Position numbers and translations under genes: made by a program. Below the pieces are notes generated by a model. That model did not search any database and was not told the DNA's origin. It saw only the letters and a program-made list of their open reading frames with translations. A stretch of 64,000 nucleotides of DNA, taken from the NCBI GenBank assembly GCA_051362555.1, contig CM120642.1, positions 16,120,001-16,184,000 of the forward strand, written 5' to 3'. This DNA is from Lingula anatina (taxonomy: Eukaryota > Animalia > Brachiopoda). The number at the start of each line of letters is the position of its first letter. Positions within the stretch are counted from its first letter, which is position 1. Below, piece by piece: positions 1-12,547 of the stretch.

Positions 1-728
1 AGTGACCTTAGGACAGCCACCCTATAAAGTGCGTTTGCCGAATTCCTTGATAATTCATTGCTAATCAACGTGTAAATATTTTTAAAGGTTCCAGATCATT
101 AAGATGGCGAGGTATTTTATTTTATTGTTTAATTTTTTTCATGGTAATTTTACCTTGATGTACATCCAATTTTACCTTGATGTATCAGTGCCGTCTAACA
201 GCGACTTGAGAAAGGCAAAACATGACACCAAACGTGAAAGAGAAATATTAACTGAAGGAAAATTTCGCTTGCTGAAACAAGAAAACATTATTACGGACTC
301 GCTGGAGATGTGAAAAGGGAAAATATTAGACAATAAATCACATTCCTAAAATATAAAATGGGCTCTTAATTGTATAAAACCAGCTCCACGAGTCACCTGC
401 GTGTAGATATATCCGAAATGAGTGTTCGTAAAAATTATTTCCTTTTATCCTTTTTTTGCGTTTTTAGACCTGGAAAGGTGACTCTACCTCAAGGGGTGCA
501 TATATCTATTCTCCATTACTCACAGCCTTTTGCGCCCTAACATATCTTCATAATTAGGTAGAATAATTCAACGAATTGTTAATTTTAAATGCGCACCTTC
601 TGGCCAAAACTCAAACTAAGGACAAACCACTCTGCTGACGCCCCCTAGTTGGATAATTTATTGCTTTTTAAAACATAGAACAACAATTAAGTTCTTATTT
701 AAAATGTAAATTTACATAACGTCTCCCC

Positions 729-736
729 TATATAAT
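729..736 (+). promoter_or_regulatory. Candidate TATA box of the secreted CBM/TSP1/WxxW gene
   Basis: TATATAAT about 60 nt upstream of the Kozak-context ATG (GCCATG) at 795. Confidence 0.45.
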
Positions 737-794
737 ATCTTGAGCGTACTGGTCAAAACTACTTGATAACTCAGCAAGAAGACGGAGGTGTGCC

Positions 795-943
795 ATGACG
801 TTCTCAGCTTACCTATTCCTGGTGGTTCTAGCCACGGCGACAGCCACTCCTGGTAATCAATTTCATTTTCTCACCTTTTTAAGCTTTCAGAACTATTTGC
901 GTAAAGGCGCGTTAAGTAAAGTTACAACTATGTACGTAATGAG

Positions 944-1025
<82 letters not shown>

Positions 1026-4000
1026 GCTTTTTATAATTTCAGAAAACCCAGAAGATTTTTAAAACTTACATTTGATAACAAATATTCATTGTTATTCATA
1101 TTTCAAAAATTCTGTTGGAATAACATTTGATAACAAATATTCATTGTTATTCATATTTCAAAAATTCTGTTGGAATACAGAACTGACAATTTTTATCGTA
1201 TTCTAGAAAAGGAATGTGAGAGTATTGGCGAGTACATGCGAGACATTAGCAACCGGTGTTATTTTTACCAGTGCACCTACGCCAACGCGGCATTAGACTT
1301 GGAGCCCACGCGTCTCAGATGTGCTCCGGGCACCACAGTGCGTCATGATTACGTCATGCAACCCGGTGACGCAAACCCTTGTCACGGCATTAATTTGGTA
1401 AGTATCGCAACATATTTGTAACACTCGGTTGTTATTGTATTTGTTCGTTAAAATTTTCGTTAATAGATTAAACAAAGAAGTGATTACACTTTGCCTCTAG
1501 GGGCGCTGTGTGGACTTTTTTCGCGAAATGCTCCGTTACAACGGATTTTGATTGCGTTTCTGATATTTTTGTTTTGATGGCCAGTTTCGATTTCCTTAAT
1601 ATTTCTAATGTTCAAAACAGTAAGTAATACGGCATTTCTTCAGACTTTGTTACACCGTGCTTGAAACCGTTTGCGGTACGGATTTTTGCTTTTTCATTTG
1701 GGGCACCATCGAAGTCATACATCAGTTTTAAAGAATTTTTAATATTGCAGCCTTTTCTATTGTTGCTTTTTCATAAGATTGGGCCAAAATTAGTTTTCCA
1801 AGCGTTCGTTAGCCCGGTGTGACACGGTGTCTTAAGAACTTTATACATAATTGGGATTTTGTTCGATACAAACGATATTCATTACAATCACCCGCCATCG
1901 TATGCCTCTTTTCCTGATCTCGAGTCTCGATATTTTTTCAACTAAACTTAGCATGATTGTTTGCAACGATACATAAGACAGTCACGCAAGATCAATCCAT
2001 CTCAAAGATTGTCTGGTTATGATGAAGAAAATCCCATTTGTTCTTTTAACAAATTCCACAAATTGTACCTTGACACTCCTGAGACTTTCTCTTCGCTTTG
2101 AATTTTATACCCCTAGTATGTGATCAACATGACTGACTGCAAATCTACACGCTAAATCCTAATTAATGTCAATAAGCGTTTTTAATCTCTCGATTAAATG
2201 TTACATTTATTACCCAAATCCGATTCTTTGTGGCAGCCGTGTATTGACGAAACCGGCGAGTGGTCCCCCTGGGGAGAGTGGGGAGAGTGCAGCGTCACGT
2301 GCGGTGGTGGCGTCAGCGTAAGAAGCCGAACGTGCTCTATACCCGGCACCTGTGAGGGACCCAGTGAGGAGAGTCGAGTCTGCAATACTCAAGCCTGTAA
2401 GTATATGGCAATATGGCAATAACACAAACACAAGGTATAAACGGGGCTGTACGAACACACACGCATGCAGTGACGGACATGTAGGCCTAAAGGTTTTAAT
2501 CCATTCCCCATAGTAGTTTGTTGTTCCACAAAACTGTAGATAAACATCCCATGAATATTCAAATACCTAATGCACTAAGACAAAACAACTAAAATGATAG
2601 TGTATGATGGCGTATTATGGTGTATGAAGGCCTAATAACAAAGAAGTAGGCCTACATATTTGAAAATTGCACGACAACAAAGCACACATTCTACACCCTG
2701 GTTCCACAACTACATTCTTTCTACACTAATTTTTTCTAAACACTCCCAGGTTTCGTCTTCACGAACTGGACCAACAAAGACACCCCTCTCACTATAGACG
2801 GTGGCGCTTAGGGAGGAGACGGAGACTTCGAGACAGACTTTGGTGCGGTAAGTATAGGGCCCAGCAAGATACACAACGATACGAAGGGTTCCCTATATAG
2901 TAGGGATTTAATCAACGTTTTTATTCGCATGGTGAATGTATTTAGCTTTCATTTTGTAAATTGCAGTATGAACAACGCAGCTGTTTTCTTTGGGTAAGCA
3001 TATTTTCGACCTCGATAGGCCTATATGTTCCTTTCCATCGCAAAAATAATTTTCTCTCAATTTTACTAAAACCTTTTTTATTGGAAGCAGGTAGTTTCAG
3101 TGCCATGAACCTGTCAGGTTCATTTTCACAAAAAATTAATTGCATACTTACGTTCCCCTTTGCATCGAAACATAATCCAATTTTACCTGACCCTCCAAAA
3201 ACATGTTGAGAATCAGGGTGGTCAACGACCGGAATCTTTTATGTTCTAAGGATACTCCTGTATGGTGTCAAAGTGAAATAGGCAATTTTTCATTTTGTAA
3301 TTTGTCGCATCATAATACGTAGTGTAGTAGTGCTCCTACGCTGTTGTCAAGAAAATTGATTTATATACTACCCATTTTTATATTTTATATTTTTACTACC
3401 CATATTTATATTTGTTGAATATTAGGATGACATCCATCGGTCGAACCTTACTCAGAGAGATAATTGTGATCGATAGTGCAGGGTAGTATAAGTCAAACTC
3501 TGCCAGTGGTTTATTACAGTACTGTATGACTACACTGGCAAAACTTTGTCAGACCGAAATATGAAACAATATTTGTATGATCCATGACCAATATCTTTTA
3601 TAAAGCCAATTCTCTGTATTTTTAATACATGTCCGAAGGAAAGTCGCCATGCACTTTAGTTTGGCCTGCATTATAACAGTGGTCATATACATTTTAACAG
3701 ACATGTCTGTCAGAGAACAATTCAATGTACTCAGTTCTAATGTTAAACAATAAATAGCATTTTCTTCATCTTAGGTCTGCGGAGTTGGCAATCCAATTGT
3801 GGATATAGAATGCCGAACGGTAGAGGGTCATATTCCGTCCAATGAAACCTACCTAGACGAGCCTGGCGTGTTCATAACCCGCTGCGGGCTCACGCCGATC
3901 CCCGGCATCATGTGTGTGAACGCTGCCACTAACAACGGCACATGCGTGGACTTTGAGACGCGTTTCTTGTGCCCCAATAACGAGGTTTTCGGTACGCGAG

Positions 4001-4074
4001 AGGTGTACGCCAGAGCGGAGGAACTTGAGTTGCAATTGGGTCTTGTCGAGGAATCCGGAGGTCCCCCATTATAG
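795..4074 (+). CDS. Secreted protein gene: signal peptide + chitin-binding (peritrophin-A/CBM14-like) domain + thrombospondin type-1 repeat + Mucin2-type WxxW (CysD) domain. Contains an in-frame TAG, so it may be a nonsense allele or pseudogene
   Basis: Exons 795-852, 1207-1397, 2237-2396, 2750-2847, 3775-4074, all GT-AG with matching phases (268 codons). Signal-like N-terminus [19 protein letters not shown]; [11 protein letters not shown]...RCAPGT; [25 protein letters not shown] (TSP1); [42 protein letters not shown] (WxxW). TAG at 2809-2811. AATAAA at ~4298 and ~4318. Confidence 0.85.
946..1023. repeat. (AT)n microsatellite
   Basis: Uninterrupted dinucleotide run in intron 1. Confidence 0.98.
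1068..1177. repeat. 55-bp direct tandem duplication
   Basis: acatttgataacaaatattcattg...ctgttggaata occurs at 1068 and 1123. Confidence 0.9.
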
Positions 4075-7000
4075 ACGAGTAAAACTGCGCCCAGTATAAG
4101 TGATGAAATGCTCTATGAGTTAATGGATCATTTTAATGGCGATTTTAATTTCTGCAGAACCAAGAGTTTCCTTCTTGTCCTTGAGTAGTAAGTGGATTAT
4201 ATTTTATTTTGAGCCGTAGAGCACGAGGATAAAAAATATGCTTAGACATTAAATTTAAAAGGATATATTAAGTTTTACAGGATATTTGACTGTTGAAAAT
4301 AAATTGTAATGACCAAAAATAAAGGTAACAATTATCTCATAATTTGTCTTAATGGCGTTTGTTTGAGCAGAACATTTACAACTGAGAAAACTTAACTATT
4401 TGAATTACAGATAACATGGACAATTGAGTATAACTTTTGCATCTTAAATGTTATTTGTAATTAAAATAGTATTTTATTTGAAAGTTAGAAATACAAATTT
4501 AAAAGATGACATTACACTCTTCACTCATTCACTCCCTTGACTAATATCTCTCTTGCATCATTATTTGTCAAAAAGTAATCAGTTTTTTGTTATTCATGAA
4601 ATTGCAATGATTACACCAATTTGTTATTGTATAGCACATTAATTTTGCATTTTATGATGAACATCAATTCTTCATGAAATTCGTTGATCGTTTTTTTTTT
4701 TTTTTTTTTTTTTTGCCATTTGGCATGTACGTTCATTTGATTTATGGGTTAACATCGAAACAATTTAGATCGGATTTTAGTTATTTTCTTTCGTTTTTTA
4801 AATGAGTTACTTTTTAGTATTCCAAATCCGCCCGTGACCCTGCATATATTTTTTATCTTTTACCCTGCAGATATTTTTCAATCTTAGAGGACAGCAAAAT
4901 TACCATTAACCTGCCTTTGATTTCGCAAATGATAACATGTGTCATAAGACAATGTGTTCGATATTGACAAACAGTCAACTGCTTCAAATATTTCCGTTTA
5001 CATTTACGCCCACGTTGACAATATCAGATAGACGGTTGTGCCAATTCATAGCAAATGACTAATCGTGTGTAATATGTGGATTTGTGTTTCTTATTTTAAA
5101 TCTGAGTGTAAATTGGTTTTTCACAAATAAACGACAGGCCACGAGCATAATATGCATGTTCAATCTCGGTAAATGCACATCATGACAAGGATAAATACTA
5201 GAGTCAAAAAACATCTTAGTCAAGACTTTTGGTTCGTTTAATATCTGTGATACTTCCATCAATTGGAATTGGAATAACAAGAGAAAAGAATACAGCAGAG
5301 AAACACGGGCGAAGCAGAGACATGTAGTCGAGGCAGTGATATGATTACTTAAGAGCGGGCAGGGGTGAGTTTGGGGGGGGGTCTGTGGAGCTGCTATACA
5401 CGTATAAATAACACAGTTTTATAGACTGAGGGTGTCAAGTTCTTGAGCCAAGTTGCTGGAAATACATGCTGTATGCTTTGGTTATTGTAGGGATTCCATT
5501 TTCATTGGGAGACTTATATGATGATTTGTACTGGGAGTATTTTGCTGTATCCCGACGAACCCTCTGCTGCCTCACTGACCCCCCCCCTCCCCACCCCCAT
5601 CCCTCCTCCCTCTGTCTGAAGAAAAATAAAATAAGAAAACAACGACTAACGACTATTGCAAGCGAGAATGGATATCCAATCGAGATTTAATTAGCACATA
5701 ATGCTGCTTATTCACTATTAGATAGAGAGCATGTCAATACTGTTTTGCTGTTAACCCGCCCTACATGCGTTTGTGGATTAGTTAGGTAAAATTACGTCTT
5801 AAGAGTAATAAACCTACATCAGCGGTCATTTTACTGATAACAATGTGCATTATTCTTTCGTCAGAAATCATTTCACTTGGGGCCCACTGATATGTGAGCA
5901 AAGCCTTTGAGCTACTGTCGACTTCGAGATTCATTTCCCTTTTTGTTAAAACAGATAGACGACAATTCCGGTTCATTTTAGTGCCGATGATTTCTGTCTG
6001 TTGTAATTTGAAGAAATACCAAAATGATCTTTTCAGACTACTGAACACTGCTGAGCTCTGAACACTGCCCTAACCAGTATGGTATGGCATTCAGACTTGG
6101 CAAAACCCAACCTGTCTTTCTCAGAGTTTATGCTTTGTTTCTCCTCTCTTATCTTAGTTACTACCGCATATTAGCGCTGCCAATCCTTCTTTTAATTTTT
6201 GACTCTTAATTTAAACAATGGATTGCATTAATGGATAATCAGTTTATGCACATTTCTTATTGGTCCAAGTTTCTGCCTTTTGCTCTCTTATTTTGTTTAA
6301 AATTTCTGATGCAGATTGACTGGGACTCCGTCGCGACAGAGCTGGATGAAAACCGTTCGCAGTCAATAACGCCATGCTCGCAGTCAGTATTTTTACAATA
6401 CGATAATGAATTGTGATTCAAATAATTAGTTGGGAAATTAAAATCGCTGATTCGCGGTTCCAAGTCACAAACGGCAATTATCGTTTAGAAGTCCTGTGCG
6501 AGGTTCATTCAAAACACCGATGAAGAGAAACACGTGGTTCTAATGTGTACGCCTGCTTTGTTCTAAATTATAACCGATTCTCCAAGATATGCAGTGCTAC
6601 CGATCAGAAATCGCTACTTTAACCCATGTCTATGGCACTGACGCATTAGTTCCACCACCCTGGGGCTAGCGGCATGTAATTGGAAGGAAACGTCAACAAT
6701 GGTCATGGGAAAGCTGTACTGTATAAGATGTAATGACCATTTGTCAAATCTCTCTCTGGTATGATCTAATTTTGTCCTTTGTGCACAGCATAAATCATAT
6801 TGCACAAATAGAAGCTTCTTTTTACTGTTTTGTGTGGGCCTAATGGCAATTTACACCCTGCATTTAATAGATTGAATTTTGGGTCACATATCAACTTTGA
6901 TTGAGTTTTCTGTATTAGAAACTATTCAGTCAAAATTCTCACGATGAGACCAGTAACTACAAGAGTGACCGACAAGCTTTAATTGATTGTGAATGTGATT

Positions 7001-9828
7001 GACTGATTAAATTGTTCAAGACTAGGAGTATAGGCCTCTACACCATTAAAATTCAGAATATTGAACAAGAACCCATGCTAGAGATACGTAGAGATATTAG
7101 AAGTCGGTTACTAATGCCTTTCCAATTGTCCTTGGGCTCGGCACTGATTGCTGCTGTCAGGATATTGTAGACATGTTGAGGACAGATACAAAGAAAATGG
7201 CCATGCTATTTCCTGCTTCTGAGATTTCGCAAGAGAACTATTACCGACAAAGAAGTAATTTCAAGACATTATCAAGGGCGAGTTGGATAAAATTACGGAA
7301 ACTGTTCCAGCTCGTCTGACAATCTTTCAAACTTCATTGAAAACATCGCAACGTGTAAATCAGAAAGTAGTCAATTAAACCCTCTATTAGCATTGCTCAT
7401 GTTGGATTCATATATCTTATTTTGTTTTCTCTTGTTTTAAAGATGGTCGCATGCTGTGCCACATGTATAATCTTTCATGATGATATAAGTAATGTCTTTC
7501 CTTTTGACTAGAGGGAACGGCATTGTTGGATGTAAAATTAGGCACAAAAGAGACATACTTCAATTTTCTTTTATTCTACCTCACACATTGATTGCATGTT
7601 AATATACAGTATTTCTCTAATATAACAGCAAACTTTTAGAGGCGTCATCTTCCTTTGTGTGGCAGATACCTCTATTGTGATACATTATCAAGCTGGCATG
7701 CGGCAACCTATGCAGAATACAGGCTTTCAAGTCTGTCGTCATCATGTTTCAGTCTGTTGCATAGAAACGGAATTTAATTGAGTAGATGTTTTATCTGCCT
7801 TCATTGAAATTCATGGTCTTATGCATCTCTTTAAGAGAACGCCGAATAAAGTGCTAAACAGTGCACGATACTGTTTTGTATAGGTGTATCAAGTAGCAGT
7901 TGGAGAACGAAATAAAAGAAACAAAACAGCAAGAGCCCACTCGTTTAAGCGAATTTTTTAGTATTGACTTGTTTTTGTAAAAACAAAATGTTTCTGCTGC
8001 CACTGGGTTGTTTAACGTGTAGTTTTGATTGGAACAGGTTAGAACCAGCGAGGCCGACACTGCACTGAAGAGCTTCAGTACCACTGTTTCAGAGATATAT
8101 CCACAGATAAATGGAACTGAATTACAGCAGTTGACGTCTTTTCCCAGACTTATGTAGGAGTTCAACAGTAACGCTTTAAACAGGAATGAATTTCGATTGG
8201 CATATTGAAGTTCATAATATCGTTGTTGTGTTCAACAGTGAGAAGGAATAACATATTTTGCAGTTTTTAACGAGAAAAGGATGTACCCTCTTCCATCACT
8301 GTCAACACTACGGAAGCATACGGCGGCCGATTCCACAAATGCACGTACACTAAGTCAGAAGAAGTCTAAAACATAAGACGAGTGTTCTTGTTCCTAAAGG
8401 CGACTTCAACTTAAAAGACACGTTTCTTAAAAGATAAGAATATAAACAGATGATTGTAGTAGCTTGTATCTTATAAAAAATATGAACAGCTATGGATCAA
8501 GAAGTCAGGTATTTTTGCACAGGAATAGAAGAGTTAGGTTTACTTTTGTTGTACTTGAGAACCATTACATTCTCTGCACGGCCAGTTACCAATATAAATG
8601 TGCATCATACAATTAACAGGTTTCTCTTTGAGTGACCAATTTTTTAAAAATCTGTCAAAACATCGAAAGTGGATATCCAAGTTTTAAACTGTTTACCCTG
8701 GTGATATGCCATCCACATACGCCTTTTTAATCTGATCATTTTATGAATTAATATGTTGCGCGACAATTCCTTAGGCGCATGGCTCTCAAAATGACTCTTC
8801 AATGAGCACGTCATCTTAAAAATAATTATTACAATTACTATTGACCATAAGGGTCTTGATTGCTGAGAGCAGAAAGTACAGCAATAAGAGAACGAAGAGC
8901 ACCCAGTGGAGTGAAACGTGATCGCGTTTATGTCAATGCGGTGCAAATGGAATTTATTTATTACGAAGTCGAATTGTTGTTGTATAGATGACGCACGTGG
9001 ACGTTGCCAAGAGGTTGGTTCAAAAATATATAACCTTTCTTAATTCAATTGACAGTGATTGCAGCGTTTTCCATAAGTTGATAACGGGTCAAATAAGGCA
9101 GTTCTTAAAGTTTTTTAGTCTTTGCTATTGCACATTTCCTCTGATCGCTACGATCTGGAAGCCCGTTGTGTATAAATTCATCCTCATTTTCCTCGAACTC
9201 AAAACCAATTAATTAAATGAGTCCCAAGACAGTTGCCAGCTAATTGCTTTTTCAAGTTCAGAGCTCTTCTTTAACGTTTCTCCCGTAGAAATCTATAACC
9301 TATATTGTTCGATCTTAGTACATCCACAGATAATGTGGTTACTTACGAGGGAACAGACTATCCGTTTTTCAAACCTCTATCTATTCCAGCACTTCTAGAA
9401 TGCATGATGAATGGCCTTGGCAGGACAACCCTGATGGTAATCGTTAAGCGTCTCTGAAGATCGTCTCTCTATTTACCGTCTGTTATTTGAAGGCTGACAA
9501 CTTTATCTTCCAATGTCATTTGCAGGATACAACAAACACAAGAACAGTTCCTGTGACCTTAGAAGAAGATTCTGAACTTTAAAGCAGTAATATATTTATT
9601 TTTTTCTGCTGAACGATAATGACCAAACCTGGATACACATAAAAATACATTGACATGATTGATTCCCTGTGTCGCGGGGTATACCGGGCAGCATATAGCA
9701 TTTTACAATTGCGAAGTTAAATTTTGAACTTTTTTTCCACCGTCACAACAAAATCCCGGAGGATTAGCACGAGTATCTGACGTTCCGGTGACGTTGAGCG
9801 TTTCTGTCAAGGACGGGAACTCGTTACA

Positions 9829-10953
9829 ATGGATCTTTCACAAAACGACTCTTTGCATCTCCTCGACAACTATTACAAAAATGGCACAGGGCAACAAATA
9901 GACACCATTACTTTAAAACGATGGTTTTACCCCACAGTGGCTGCCTTTGCTTTCATAGGATTAACAGAAAATACCGTATCAGTGATGGCCCTGTGGTTCA
10001 TACCTCACCGCCCATGGGCGCCGTTCCACTACCTCCTCCTGTACCTAGCTGTGGCTGACTGGCTATTACTGGCGGTATGTTTCGTGCCAGCTTTGGCTTC
10101 GGTCATCGGAATGGCAGGGGATGGTCAAGGCGAGGCCCAGATTACGTGCGCCGTAACTGTCATCTCTGACCTGTCCTGCTATCTCATATTGCCTCCGCTG
10201 ATGGCAACAACAGGACTTGTGGTCAACCAGTACGTCTCAGTGGTCAAGGCACTGTCCTATTCTACTTTCATGACGAAGAGGAGAACATTTACCTCCATAT
10301 TCGTCCCGTGTGTCTTGGTGACGGCCGCCTATTTGACGTTTCACGGGATCACCTGCGCCGCGTCACCCAAATCAAGCTGCATGGAACATTTCGAGAAATC
10401 GAAATATTTCCTGGCAAGGGAGTATTTCTTGGCCTGCGCCATCATTACCCTTTCGGTCTTCAACGTCATCGTCTATATTTTGATATTTGCCAAAGCCCAC
10501 GAGGTGACGTTACGACCGGTCACCGGCGGTCCGGTCTCCAGCCAAAACAAGCTGGCCACAACCGTGGCCTTACTTTTAGGAACGGTCCTCCTATTTTGGA
10601 TCCCAGGGACCTTAACATCCATTTTTTACATTATTGGGAACCAGAACCCTGGCCATTTCGACCAAGACATGGAATTTTCACTGAACACGCTTCAGCTTGC
10701 CAGTAATATTATGTTCTTTTTCAATCCAATAGTGGATCCGTTCATATATGGTTTACGCCTCAGAGAAGTTCGGGAAGGGTACAGGTTGCTGTTTAGGAAA
10801 TTTAAAAGTTGGTGGGTTGGGGATGAAAAGGACTTTCTCACCCATAGGCTATCATCGTCGGCGGGAAATGGAAAAGTACTTGATGATGTTGTCACCGTGA
10901 ACGGCGCTGTTGTCAGGGAGATTTCTCACATGGACATGTCGCAAGAAATTTGA
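9829..10953 (+). CDS. Orphan class A (rhodopsin-like) GPCR, single coding exon, with melanocortin/adenosine (MECA)-like motifs
   Basis: 374 aa with seven hydrophobic segments; N-terminal N-glycosylation sequons; TM1 ENxxS; TM2 LAVAD; TM3 end NQY (DRY position); TM6 FWIP; TM7 NPIVDPFIY followed by helix-8 LREVREGY. Confidence 0.92.
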   Translation: MDLSQNDSLHLLDNYYKNGTGQQIDTITLKRWFYPTVAAFAFIGLTENTVSVMALWFIPHRPWAPFHYLLLYLAVADWLLLAVCFVPALASVIGMAGDGQGEAQITCAVTVISDLSCYLILPPLMATTGLVVNQYVSVVKALSYSTFMTKRRTFTSIFVPCVLVTAAYLTFHGITCAASPKSSCMEHFEKSKYFLAREYFLACAIITLSVFNVIVYILIFAKAHEVTLRPVTGGPVSSQNKLATTVALLLGTVLLFWIPGTLTSIFYIIGNQNPGHFDQDMEFSLNTLQLASNIMFFFNPIVDPFIYGLRLREVREGYRLLFRKFKSWWVGDEKDFLTHRLSSSAGNGKVLDDVVTVNGAVVREISHMDMSQEI

Positions 10954-12547
10954 ATGGTATTGTTATTGTCGCAGCAGATCGAACACTTTTAAGTAACGCG
11001 TTATCCATCCATATATTTAATGTCTAACGTGACTTGCGATCAAAATATATTACTAAGAACACTAATGAAAGACTGTTATTCAAAATCAGTGACACTTAAA
11101 ACTACGCCATGCTCGATTTCCGTTCTAAGGAATTACTCTGACAAAGCCACTTGTCAGACCGTTTGTCTTGGTAACGACGGTGTAACATATGCGTTGCCTT
11201 TGTTCGTTTTATTATTTTTTTTTTCAAATCTAAGTCTGAAGTGAGCATACCGGATTTTATAGGTCACTGGAAACTTACCTGTCTACTATTCAGACAGTGG
11301 GAACGACAAAGGCATATTGACAGTAGAGCTCGAGTTTCCAGTGGACCCCGACACTCAGGTGGGAAAAGAGCAGCTCGCGGCAATATCTCCCCAATGCCTA
11401 TGATTAGAGTGAAAAGGCCAATTCTGTGTTATGTACGTTGGGAATATGTAAGAGAGTTTCGTAATATATAGATGTGTCAATAAAAAGTGACATTATTCAT
11501 AAAACGAACATGCGTAACTGTCAGTCAATTGGTAAGTTTATTAATGGTTTAGTCTGTTGTCTACGTTGTATACTGAACACCCCAACTGGTGGTTACACGA
11601 GCGCCCCCGCACACACACACACACACACATTTAAATGGCAGACAACCAACGTGCGCCTTTCTCCTTTTTCCCCATTATCACTGTAGGTATGCGCTTATTC
11701 TCGTGCGTAAGGCAATCTACAGAAGGAATAATAGACAGGAATATTAAAATATGAAAAATCTCTAATATCCCGATATGAATTAAATAATATGCATATAAAA
11801 ATTTTAGTAGCACATCATTTCTTTAAAAAAGACGATTCAAGTAAAAGATAACCTGTCTGTGCTCCACAGCATAAATCACCCGATATGTAAAATGTAGGTA
11901 CTGTACATCAACCAACTACAGATAAAATATTTGAAACATACATTTCAATGTGTTAATATCAGTTTTTATATGGGTATTCTTAGAGAAAAAAAAACTTCAA
12001 AACGAAGTTTATATTTTCATTTGTTTAAAACACGTTTAAAGCTCTGGAAAATTGTAAAGTTGCTTCCTGGCAAGCGTCACCTAGGGTTCAAAGACTAATC
12101 ATCGACAGTAACATTTAGTACAAATGGCACAAATGGAATCATATCATCCACAGAAAAAAAATTTCAAAAGTCCCATAAAATAAATATAAAAGTAAACATC
12201 ACCACGCATAGAAATTCATATCAATATGGTGCATACTATGTAGGAATTCCAATCACATACCTAAACCAATCTTTAATTATTACAAATCAGGCTAAAATTA
12301 AGCTTTTACAATATTGATCATATTTCAATAAAATATTTGTGCATACCGCTATAACCCAGACCCAAGGATATTCCCTAATAATGCTACTTAATATCACGTA
12401 TCATATGCAAGTTCCTAGAACCAATTAAAACTGCTGAATGTAATAAAACTATACTTAAGAAAGTAAGAATAAATTGCAATATCATAATGCACTAGCTTGC
12501 TCACTGCACAACAGCAATTAGCATGAGCTGTCCCTGAGATCAACACC

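Noticed and set aside
2809-2811. TAG used as an alternative splice acceptor that bypasses the stop
   Set aside because: Joining exon 3 (phase 1) here shifts the frame and loses GGDGDFET; there is also no polypyrimidine tract
10308-10895. ORFs overlapping the GPCR
   Set aside because: Alternative-frame or antisense shadows without motifs
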